Part shown: one piece after another, positions 13,726-24,749 of the stretch
How the letters are laid out: each line of letters starts with the position of its first letter
How positions within the stretch are numbered: the stretch's first letter is position 1
Source: Coniocarpon cinnabarinum
Lineage: Eukaryota
NCBI GenBank assembly: GCA_051942205.1
Contig: JAVECO010000004.1
Span: 186,001 to 250,000, forward strand
Length of the DNA: 64,000 nucleotides
Direction of reading: 5' to 3'
Position numbers and translations under genes: made by a program
The notes under the pieces: generated by a model
The model's input: the letters and a program-made list of their open reading frames with translations, nothing else
Database searches by the model: none
What the model was told of the DNA's origin: nothing

Positions 13726-16700
13726 ATGGCAAATATACCGTGGTTGTCAACTTATCGACACAATGGTGATGTTGATATTATTGAGTATGAAGATGCCTTT
13801 CCCCGACCAGTCAGCAGGTCTGAGAATCAGAAGCCACATCTTGTAGCATTGGTTGGCAAAGATGTAAAGTCTGTGGCTCTACGTGCTGTCTTCGCAGCCG
13901 AAGGCGAAGTTATTGCACAGGAACCACATGGGCAGGTAAGACTTTGGAACGTTTCCTCAACCGCTCAGGCGAGCTCGCCCACAATATTCTTGGATTGTGA
14001 GATACATGAACAGCGGTTCAGCCAGAATGTGCGGACCCCTACGACGGGGCCTGAAACGTCGCGACGCTTGCGATTCGAGAACGACACCAACGGCCCGCCT
14101 GCGCAATGGGACGTAGGACTGAGACTATATGCGCAGGTGATTCGACCTATTGCCAGCGTGATCTGTCTATTTTGCGACGACTTGGACGGCATAAATGGCA
14201 CACAGGAAGCGCTGGCGTCGCTGATATCTCTGTCAACGCGAACCGATACGCCCAAGCTTGCTCTCTGTCGTTTAGTTGTCCTCGTACCTGTACATACAGA
14301 GCTGGAAGTTGACCGTGAAAAAATTCTGTTGACATTGGTTGAGGGGACAACACAATTGCTTGTCGACTCGCATTGCTGCAACACACGAGAAGACGCTGTG
14401 GGCTGGCTTCGACACTCATTTGGCGACATCAACGTCGGCCTTCTCGACAATTCAGTCAGCCCGGCAACTCGAATGGATCATTTCGATCGGACTTTGCAAG
14501 ACGAGCTGTCTATTGTCGAGGAGTCGCGCCTGACGTGTCGCAGAATGTTCACACTAAATCACAGCATCGCTCTAATGCGGACTGCTCTCTCAAGCTTTGC
14601 CACCGACTCGCGCCATAAATTTAGTCTCATCGGCGCTTCTCAGTCACTATGTGCACCTTCTGAAGATTTGCACCTCCACATCAAGGAACTCATGGACCAA
14701 CTCGGGACTCAGCAAGCCATCTCCCACATAGCTATCCCACTGCTAGCATCGGCTTTTGTCTTACAGAGTTGCCCTCCCGGCATGCACTGTAAGTATACTG
14801 ACTCGACGGCGAGCCAGTTTGCTAATTGATGCTCCAGTCTTTCCCCCGTCTCAGGTTTTCCACCAAGTCTACGAGCGGTCTTGCAAGCTTGCGGTGCAGG
14901 CTTATTCGTACAATCGTCTATTCGATGACAGCTTTATGAGGTCAATAAAGCAAGAGTTCCAAACTGCATTCGAAGTGGTCAGCTCAGGAAGTCTGGCCGC
15001 AGTTTCAGCTCACACTCAGTGCTTAAATAACTTACGATCGCGTATAGCTGGTCTTCGATCAAACAAGACTTGCCTGATCTGTCTAATGCACATGCCCGAA
15101 AAGGTTTTGACCTGCGGGCATGCCATGTGTGACAGCTGCGTTCGAACGTTTGGATCCAGATTGAACAACGCACGCTACAGTTTTTACCTGGCGCAGTGTT
15201 TGATCTGCGCACAGCGTAATGATTGCGAAACTTTCCAGCTTTTACCACCCACCGCCGGGGCACGAATACTGACTCTAGATGGTGGTGGAGTGCGCGGTAT
15301 TATTCCAATAACTCTACTCAGCATTCTCGAAAGTCGATTGCAATGGCTCGGGCGCCCGCTCCGTGATTACTTTGACCTTGTTTGTGGTACTTCATCAGGT
15401 ACGATTTCTCTCTTGTTTCACGTTACTTAATAACAGAGACGCAGGTGGTTTGATTATACTAGGACTTTTTATTATGCGTTGGTCCGCATTGGAATGCTCT
15501 GCACGATTTGAGGAGATGGCTCACTCCATTTTCTCTAAACGCCACGGGAGCATACTAATCTTCACAAAAATTCAGCAATATCTTATCTCATACCTCGCCG
15601 ATTGCAAGTATGACTCGATAGGCATTGAGCGCGCACTCTACGAAGTGTTTGGCGAAGCGAAACCATTATTCAATCCTTTATCGAATGATACGAAAGTCGC
15701 TGTTACGTCTACAACTGCTAGGGACAGCCAGCCATGTCTGTTTACGAATTACAATGGCGGCCGGCGAACAAGCGAGGCTGGTAAGCAATTGTTCCGATTG
15801 TAGAGATGATTAGTTATTGAGCAACCTAGGCTACTCGATTGTCCGGGCTGCGACTCCAGACCATGATATTAGTGTGAACGATGCGTAAGTTCTCTACGGC
15901 AACTGGCCCATTCTTCTCAATAACGAGCGCTTAGTGCACGCTGTACATCAGCAGCTCCATGGTACTTCAAAGCGAAGGCCCTCAAGTACCTTGGTACTTT
16001 TCAAGATGGGGGTCTAAGACACAATAATCCTATTGCTCTGGCGCTGTGGGAGAGTCGGTCAATCTGGCCGGACAGAGGCGATGCTGACTTAGCTCTCTCA
16101 TTGGGAACCGGCACATCGAGAACTAAGCCGCCAACTGCAAAGCGAGGGCCATTTTCCCCGGTCAAAGATCGATTTCTGCCCAGGCTAATAAGGTCGCTGA
16201 TGGTAAACATCGATGGCGAGAAAACCTGGGCAGAAACCTTAAACAACATGTCCAAGCACTCCAAGACCAGGTTGCACAGGCTCAACATGAATCTCGAAGA
16301 TCGCTATCTGAGTCTCGATGAAATTTCAAATATTGTATACCTGAAAGACCGCACGATTGCTGAGTTCCACGGCAACAACAACCTGGATGTTATTTGCGAC
16401 TCCATACTAGCCTCAAGCTTTTATTTTGAGCTTGACAGCGCTCCAGAATATCGTGTCGAGGGCCTTATCTGCCGGGGAAGTATCTACTGTCGATTGCAGC
16501 TCTCGGCAACTGGGCGTCAGGCTCTGTGCTCTCACCTTAAGGACCAACGCGCATTCTTTCTTGTCAATGGCCGCCCGTATCGAGCTGTGGATACTTGTTC
16601 TGGACGCACCCCCTTCAAGAAAAAAGTGAGTGTGACGGTAGCCTCCAAGCAGGACACCATTGGAGTCACACTGCGGCACTCAACTTCACTCCCTCTTTTA

Positions 16701-16898
16701 ATAAGCGGTCTTCCAAAGACGGTCGAGGAGCTTATGAAGCTGCAGATATTTGACGCGCCTTTCGGGAGACCCGACCATCAAATATCTGAAAAGCCGCTGC
16801 CAGCGCCCCCGTCGTCCAAGAGAAGTGGAAGCGCAACCTCACAGCATCCGCGACGCTGGACTCTTAGGTCATCAGTGAAGCGCATCAGACTCGGTTAA
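13726..16898 (+). CDS. Patatin-like phospholipase with RING-type zinc finger, multi-exon
   Basis: [14 protein letters not shown] ring motif, [10 protein letters not shown] oxyanion loop, GTSSG nucleophile, DGG at ~16005, LSLGTG. Confidence 0.9.
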
Positions 16899-17697
16899 AG
16901 GGATCAAGCTACGTGTAAGCAGGTTAGGAGTAGCTATTTCATATGCAGAGAGATTTTCAATCATTATAAAAGATCGTTGTTCTATTGTTATAACGTCCAT
17001 CCCTGGGTGGAGGGACGCACCCTGTCGCGGGACAGATTCTCAGTTTAATGCTCTCAAATCTTTCGGTCGCACATATACAAGAAGTCTATTTAAAGGTCCG
17101 TATTCTCCCTTTGTTTCTCTATAAAAATGTCGGTTTATAATGTAAATTGCTGTAGCGTTCGTCATACTGGCAGTTGTTTTATGGATGCTATAGATCACTA
17201 CTCCGATCGTTTAGCCCAGCTGTCGAACAACTAAAGACTGCTCATAATACTTCGGAGGCCTACGTTTAAAGCTCTAATTGTACAGAACATCTTACCAAGA
17301 TTTAGAGGTGCTAATGTCTAAGGAAGGTGAAATCCGACTCACCGCCGTTTAGACCGCAGCTCAACTGAGTTATGCTTTAATATGTATAAGCGAGCGCTAG
17401 CGCATACATTTTTACGCAAAGTGTGGCGCAGTGCCGTCGTTCTAGAAGCTTCGAATTACATTTCATAACTGCTCGTTTATTGGTCCTTGCTCCACCGTAC
17501 ACTCAGTCATGCCGCTCATTCTTCATGCAATCTTGTCGATAGGTTTCTAGCGAGACTCAGTGTTCCGGCGGGAGAAAAGCCGATCTCACAAGTCAGCTTT
17601 TTGTATGGCTATAATTAGTTAACGCACAGTTGTGGTCGAGATCGACGCTATAGACTGAACGTACCTTACTTAGTCCGACAGCTCGAAACTCTAAGGC

Positions 17698-20686
17698 CTA
17701 GGAGGGCTGCCTGACGTGCTCGAGTATCTTGGCGGCCTTGCTGATCTGCCCGTTTGACTGGTATGCTCCAGCAAGCGCGCGCTGCGACGCTAGTCGACTT
17801 GGATGTGTCTCGCCGAGCGTCTTCTCTTGGACGCTGACAACTTGCTCGAGCATGTTAACTGCCTCACTAATCCGCCCGTAGGACTGGTATACTCTAGCAA
17901 GTGCGTGCTGCGATGCGAGTCGGTCAGGGTGAGTCTCTGGCAGCGTCTGCTTCCGGATCGCGAGGACGTGCTCGAGCATCTCTGCCGCCCGTTTGTTGTC
18001 GCCATTGGCCATGTATACCCTTGCAAGTTGATGCTGCGATGCGAGTCGGCTAGGGTGAGTCTCTGGCAGTGTCTGCTCCTGGATCGCGACGACGTGCTCG
18101 AGTATCTTGGCGGCCTTGCTAGTCTGCCCGTTTGACTCGTATGCTCCAGCAAGCGCGCGCTACGACGCTAGTCGAATTGGATGTGTCTCGCCGAGCGTCT
18201 TCTCTTAGACGCTAACTACGTGCTCGAGTATCTGGACGGCCTCGATAATCTGACCGTTAGACCGGTATACTTCAGCAAGCGCGTACTGCGACGCTAGTCG
18301 ACTAGGATGTGTCTCGTCGAGCGTCTTCTTCTTAACGCTAACAACGTGCTCGAGTATCTGGACGGCCTCAATAATCTGCCCGTTTGACTCGTATGCTTCA
18401 GCAAGCGCGTGCTGCGACGCTAGTCGATCTGGATGTGTCTCGTCGAGCGTCTTCTCTTGGACGTGCTCGAGTATCTGGACGGCCTCAATAATCTGTCCGT
18501 TTGACTCGTATGCTATAGCAAGCGCGTGCTGCGACGCTAGTCGATCTGGATGTGTCTCGTCGAGCGTCTTCTCTTGGACGCTGACAACTTGCTTGAGCAT
18601 GTTAACTGCCTCGCTAATCCGCCCGTAGGACTGGTATACTCTAGCAAGTGCGTGCTGCGATGCGAGTCGGCTAGGGTGAGTCTCTGGCAGTGTCTGCTCT
18701 TGGATCGCGACGACGTGCTCGAGTCCGTCCTGGTCTAAGTCTGCTTTGACGTCGGCCCCGTTGTCGAGCAGGAGCTGCACAACCTTCTCACAGCCCACAT
18801 TTAATGCTGCCTGGAGCGCGGTGCCGTACTCGCCTCCCTGCGTATTGACGTCGGCACCCCTGTCGAGCAAGAGCTGCACAATCTTTTCGTGGCTCCCATA
18901 TGATGCTGCTTGGAGCGCGGTGCCGTACTCGCCTCCCTGCGCATTGACATCGGCGCCCCTGTCGAGCAGCGTCTGGACGACGCTTTCGTGGCCTCTTACT
19001 GACGCCGTCTGCAGCGCGCTCCCAAAGTCGCCGCTATCCTCTTTCTCACTCAGCTTGCCCTGCTTTCTGCTTGCTAGTGATGATGATGATGATCTGACGC
19101 TGGTGAAGGCAAGGGTCGAACGACCTGAATTACTCGAAAGAGCACTCATACGCTCTTTGATAGCGGCATCTGAACTGGCGTCATCCTCGGCTGAACTAAT
19201 TGGAATTGCGAATGACGCCAACCGCTCTAAGTGAGAAGCAAGATGGCGTTTAAAGACGGTCGGATCGACCTAAAGGATGTCTTCGAATGCCTGAGAAAGT
19301 ATATTCGCGACTCCTATCCGCTCCCTGAGACGATCGACCCATTCTAAGCAGCATGGGCATTCCTGGGCACCTATCTGATCGAGTGGCTTTCGAGCAATAT
19401 CAAGAACGGATTGCTCTTCGCCTTCTACTAGAATGTTGGGATGAGCTTTCCGCAAATGTGCGAAGTAACGCTCTGTAAGTTGGAATGATTTGTCCGGGCA
19501 AAGTTGGCAGGTATAGCTAGTACGGTGGCTCTGCATCTCGTGGCGAAACCATTCATTAATGTCGCGGAAATACGGGGAGTCACAGTTGGGAAAAGTGCAA
19601 ACATAGGAGCGAAGGTCAGAAAAAACATGCTGTCGCCATACTCGCTCTCTTTTGAACTTTATCACTCGAAAACAGAACGGGCATTCTACTTCTTGTTTAG
19701 ACCCTGTGCGCAGCTCATCGAGCTTCGGAATCCTAGCAGTGGCTGAGTCGTCAAGATCACCAGCAACAGAACGAGATATAGTTGTATATGACCTCACATC
19801 ATCCTCGAGATCTGACTGTTCTTCCGCGTTGAGTATCTTGGGCGTGGTTCGGTCTGGTGCCAGAGTCGAGGCTTTCGTGAAGAATGTGGATGGTCGGCTA
19901 GAAGAGTCAAGTTGTAATTCCGTAAGTGGAAGCTGCCCAGCGGGAGCTCGTGTTTCGAGTGCTGCAAACTTTGGTGCTTCCTCAGACATGAACTCGCCCT
20001 CAAGCTTCTCGCGGTGATCTCGAACGTAGCTCAGGTAATGTCGGCGCTGGGTAATAGCTCGACCGAGCCGCTTCTGAAGCCATGCAAGTTTTGCTGTAGC
20101 AAGTTTTGGGTACATTTCACCCACGTGAGCGATATCATAATGATCGTCGAATCGATAACGATTCCGGCTGAGAGCTTTAGCGAAAATATCCGTTGGTGCA
20201 GCCTGGCGGATGATGCTTGAAACCCTGAAGAGACGTGTGACGCAGGCCCCAATTTCCTCGAGAAGCTCCTTTTCTTCGTTCTGGTTTACTTCATCGCCAC
20301 CATCATAAGGCATGAAAGCCATCTTCCCTTCTCGTTCTCCGGAGACGATTTCCAAGACTGGATAAAGATGATGTCAGTGACCTCGCAGATATAGACGAAG
20401 CAGGAGACCCACGTTCTTGGGTGACATCGTAAAGGTTATTTAGCAACTCTAGAACGTGGTTCAAAATATCTTCAGCGTCGCAAAGACGTGACTCGAGAGA
20501 CAATGGAGATTCTGGAAGATGAATGGCTCCAATGTTGCCAATCCATAGACTGAACCTCTCTAGCTCATTGTCCACCTGCTTGTCATGGATTCGTCTTTTC
20601 TGCCTGCCCAGGTCGCAAAGGGCTGAGACGATAGCTTTTAGGGCTTTTATGCAGCCTTGACATTGCGAAGACACAGATTCAACCAT
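17698..20686 (-). pseudogene. HeLo-like N-terminus / C2H2 zinc fingers / ankyrin / TPR-array gene with three premature stops
   Basis: ERFSLWIGNIGA..SLESRL N-terminus, intron 20358-20412, CPFCF..HVFSDL..YVCTFPNC, ankyrin repeats (GTALQAA..LLLDRGADVN), 42-aa TPRs (ETHPDRLASQHALA). One frame is interrupted by stops at 19270-72, 18205-07 and 18160-62. Confidence 0.85.
17710..18725 (-). repeat. High-identity 126-bp TPR-coding tandem array, about 8 units
   Basis: Recurrent LEHVV..QEKTL.ETHP.RLASQ.ALA..Y.SNGQ units with near-identical DNA. Confidence 0.9.
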
Positions 20687-21024
20687 CGCGTGAGGCTCTT
20701 GGCCTAGCTACGGCGTACAGCTCGGCGATAACTTGAACTTCAGTATGACCAAGGTCACCGATGCGAAAGGCGCTCCTGTGCCGCACTTGTCTTGCAGTTC
20801 AAACAAGTGAAGAACGTTTTCAGTCAGAAAAATACCCTTTCATAAAATTGGGTTGGTCGCGGTAAAGTGGCGGGAAGCTGAAGAGTGCTAGCTGTGGCAC
20901 AAGTGCGGGGCCCGGTGGGGCTTTCATCTTCAGTAGAGCCAACGTCTCATCCACAGCAGCAGCATCACAACGTGAATTCTTAGTTCCTTCTTCCTTCTCA
21001 CCCTTGATTTCGGATGCTGCCTCC

Positions 21025-22779
21025 ATGAGCGGCTTTGAAGTCGCAGGTGTTATCCTTGGAGCCTTTCCTTTGATTATCTCTGGCCTCGAGCATTGGCGCG
21101 ACGTCGCCAAGGTCGCTGGTTTCTTCTGGCGGATACGGAAGGCGTATACCGCTTGTCGCAATGACGTGCAATTCTATGGAATCTTGTACAAGCGAAATCT
21201 AAAAGAGCTTCTACTACCGATCGTGAATGATGCAGATGAGATGGCTCGTCTAGTGGATGACCCTGGTGGCAAAGCCTGGAGTAGCGATGCTCTACGAGAG
21301 CGCTTAGAGCAGCGGCTTCAGGACTCGTACAAATTGTACATGGACATCATCTATGAGATCAATGAGACAATTAAAAAACTCCAAGAAGAGCTACAACTTG
21401 ACAAGACAAATGTCAAGAGCAGACTAGATCCTCCGCAAGAGCCGAAGAAGCAGGCGCGACCGACCAGCCCGCAGCCGCCAAGCAACGCCTCCAAACTTAA
21501 ATCAGCAAAAGCGAAATTGGACTACGAGACATTCAGGATCAAATTCAGTTTCAATGAGCCAGTGAGAAAAGAGCGTTTCGAGCAGTTGAGGGAATGCAAC
21601 GAACGATTAGAGAAGCTCCTTGGAACGAGCGACAAAATGTTCGCACTAGAGGATAAATTCTCTACCAACAAGAAGCATAATTCTGGTCTAGAGACGCTGT
21701 TCAAGAAGGCGTGGGAGAAATCAGACCTGCTCTTCAAAGCCATCCAAAAGTCATGGCAATGCTCTTGTCTACAGCATCATCTCGCCAATCTTCGGCTCGA
21801 GCATCGCACACTACCGGAAATACGCTTTGAGGTTATTCTAATCGCTTCGTCGTCTCGAGCGACTACGCCATGGTTCTGGAGAGAGCTTCAGTGTAGACAT
21901 ATGTCCGGCTGTTCCTGTCTGCAAAAGCTCATGAAGCCTTCTACCGTGCCTCAGTCGTCCCAGCGTTGGCGCAATGACACTTTAGCACCAACGGCATCAC
22001 ATGGATCGGCAAGACCAAAGAAGGTGACTTTCACAACATCCGCCCCAACCGTACCAAAGATCGAGCTAGACACTGTGGTCAATCCAGGCGTCAAGCTCTG
22101 CCAGCTTCTGGGCAACGAAAATTATGGCACTTGCTTTGGCACCATCAGCCATGATGAAGAAGTAAAACACCTCCAACCTATCACGGAGAAGAAACGACCC
22201 AAGAATAGTGGCCCGCTAACATTAGACCATGTCCTTTCTAGCGAAGAGCCCATCACCCGACGTCAACGGTACTATATCGCCCTGCTTCTCGCTTCCTCGA
22301 TCGCTCAGCTCCAGTTCACTCCATGGCTTGGAACTGGTCTTACGAAAGAAGATGTCCTATTCTTTCCATGCGTTGATGGTGAGTGTAGTGTACTCTACCA
22401 AGAGCCTTTCATCCGCCAAGGCTTTGGGACGCCCCATCATACATACACAGATACCAAAGCCAACAACTACAATTTCTCCTCGCTTGGCATACTCCTCCTG
22501 GAGCTCTGCTACGGTTCACGACTAGATGATCATCCTCTCCGCAAAAAGTATCCAGCTGAGACCGGAGAAGCAAAGGAAGCCTTCGATCTTATGGCTGGAT
22601 TGAAGTGGTCTCAAGAGGTGCGTGATGAAGGTGGCGATGACTTTGCTTCCGCTGTGAAGTGGTGCTTCTTGACAGGCACAAAAAATGGGAATCGATCATG
22701 GCGGGGTGAGATTATTGAGAACGTGATCAGGCCATTGGAGCAATGTCAAGAGCATTTTAAAGCAGTAGCTGTGCTGTAG
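21025..22779 (+). CDS. HeLo-like N-terminal domain protein with C-terminal kinase-like remnant (DUF7580-like)
   Basis: Intact intronless ORF. N-terminal helix MSGFEVAGVILGAFPLIISGLE. C-terminal RYYIALLLASSIAQL..TPWL, SLGILLLELCYG, FASAVKWC. Confidence 0.8.
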   Translation: MSGFEVAGVILGAFPLIISGLEHWRDVAKVAGFFWRIRKAYTACRNDVQFYGILYKRNLKELLLPIVNDADEMARLVDDPGGKAWSSDALRERLEQRLQDSYKLYMDIIYEINETIKKLQEELQLDKTNVKSRLDPPQEPKKQARPTSPQPPSNASKLKSAKAKLDYETFRIKFSFNEPVRKERFEQLRECNERLEKLLGTSDKMFALEDKFSTNKKHNSGLETLFKKAWEKSDLLFKAIQKSWQCSCLQHHLANLRLEHRTLPEIRFEVILIASSSRATTPWFWRELQCRHMSGCSCLQKLMKPSTVPQSSQRWRNDTLAPTASHGSARPKKVTFTTSAPTVPKIELDTVVNPGVKLCQLLGNENYGTCFGTISHDEEVKHLQPITEKKRPKNSGPLTLDHVLSSEEPITRRQRYYIALLLASSIAQLQFTPWLGTGLTKEDVLFFPCVDGECSVLYQEPFIRQGFGTPHHTYTDTKANNYNFSSLGILLLELCYGSRLDDHPLRKKYPAETGEAKEAFDLMAGLKWSQEVRDEGGDDFASAVKWCFLTGTKNGNRSWRGEIIENVIRPLEQCQEHFKAVAVL

Positions 22780-24749
22780 GTCCAAGGAACGAGCTGTGTG
22801 ACATGTAGTTAGCTGGACGAATAGCGTCCGGAAGCCTACCATACTCCTTGTCTCACCAATATTCACTTGCAAAGCCAATGATGCTAGATGAAAAAGCTAC
22901 GTCAGCAGTCATGCTGCAACATGACTAATGATGGCAGCGTCCATTGAGGGAATTGGAGGTCAAAAACAATACTATCGCTTATGGCAATGGTAGTAGACGA
23001 GTTTTTTTATTTGCATGATCATAGATGCTCTCTATGCGACTTGCGCAACGTGGTAGTCCGACACTTTTAGCAGATGTAGCTTACTCATGATAGACTGCTC
23101 CTAGCGGGCCAAAATATTGCGGTGCCACAAGGCTGCAGCTTATTCAAGGTGTGCGAGTGGAGACGACACAATATGATGTCGCTAGCGAAGCAGAATTCTA
23201 ACACCTCGAGCGTCTCGTGCGGAACAAAGCCATCACATATTAGCATACGAGGCTTCTGGCCAGCTCATTGCATTATCTAAGGATCGAATACACGCTTAAT
23301 CCACTCTGAACAAATATTCAAATCTGTGTATCTAGATAGACAACAAGAGCCTAATTAGAAGATTCTAGAACTATGATGCTGCGCCACAGTTTGCGAAAAG
23401 GCACGTGCGCTAATGCATAAAAGTATAATCCAGTCGGTGCAGTTGAGCCATCCTCTGCCCAGCCGAAAGCCTCAGACCACGTCTTCCTCAGGCATCATCA
23501 CCTTCAGGTCTTTATACAACATTCTTCATAATTATGCCTTGCCTTGTATACTTCTAAATTGCCGTGAGCGGTCTTAAGTCGCTCTATAACTAGGCTTGAT
23601 AATCGGAACAGGGGTTAACAGCGTTCATAAAATAATCAGCAGCACGCCCTACGCTCTAGTGTTTTCTGTTATAGACTGAGATCCTGGTAGAGAAGCAGAT
23701 AGAGAGCAAATACTTGTAGCCAAGTTTCTTTTAGATGCGCGAATGGGAGATTTGAGAGGCTTGGGCTGTGGATCTGTCCCGCTACGGGGTGCGTCCCTCC
23801 ACACAGGGATGGACGTTAATAATCTTTGCAATCGTGACCCCTGTTAAAGCCTTAATGCTCTGTTGTTCAGGCAACACTGATTAATATCGAGGACCTGGTT
23901 GAAGGTCTTTCGGGTGCTAAGGCACTAGTAGGGAAGAAAATCCACACTAGGTAAATTACAGCAAGACTATTTATCACGTGACAAATTACAAGAGCCAAGA
24001 GCCAAGAGCCAAGATACTGAACGACAATACCGTCGCCACGGTTCTAAACCGCCATCCAACCTTGCACAAGAACCAATATCATGCCTAAGACCACTGCCAA
24101 GCTGAGACTAACGACAAAGCCTGCGTCCGAGGTAAAGGACAGTGGGGTAGGAAAACTCATGCCCACGGTTTTGGTTGGAAGTCGGGTGTAGGCCCCTTGC
24201 GCTGTGGTCGGCGCCAGCGGAGGGGTCATTGAATACATGCTCATATCTGAGTATGCGCGGTGATCGTTGCTTTTCATGCTGCAAGCTCGAGCGTGAGAGA
24301 TAGTCGTTGTTGGTAGCACACTGGGAGACGTTAACATGGGCTCCTTATTACAGCATCTTTCAACGTACTACACATTGCGGGCGCCAGCGCCCTGCAAAGC
24401 CACTATGACGAAGAGAAGAATTGTGTGTCTCATTGCTCCTGCATGAGTCTCAGCTTATGCTACACGAGCAATAAAATAGTTTAAGTCCATTCTCGAGCAG
24501 TCCATTCCCGAGCAGGTTCTGGGCACCTTACACCTGTAATCTGGGTTTCGACGGGCAGTGTTGCAAGGGCGCTTTGGGTACGTCAGTAACCTGGGAGCCG
24601 ACATCGCTTTTGTATTATATATATGGACATTGCAAGGCGCATCTGCTTCCGAATCATCAGTGCATTCAAGTCGAGCTGCCGGACAGCTCATCTCTAACAC
24701 ATCTCCCCAAGTTTACTCAGATAGTCAAAACAATTTCAGATCCCTGAAA

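Larger units (their letters stand above)
16993..23816. mobile_element. Non-autonomous gene-carrying TIR element (pogo/Fot1-like ends), TA-flanked
   Basis: 16993-17043 matches the reverse complement of 23766-23816 at 46/51 nt. Both ends read ACGTCC. TA lies at 16991-16992 and 23817-23818. Weaker inverted homology extends ~470 bp inward. Confidence 0.8.
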
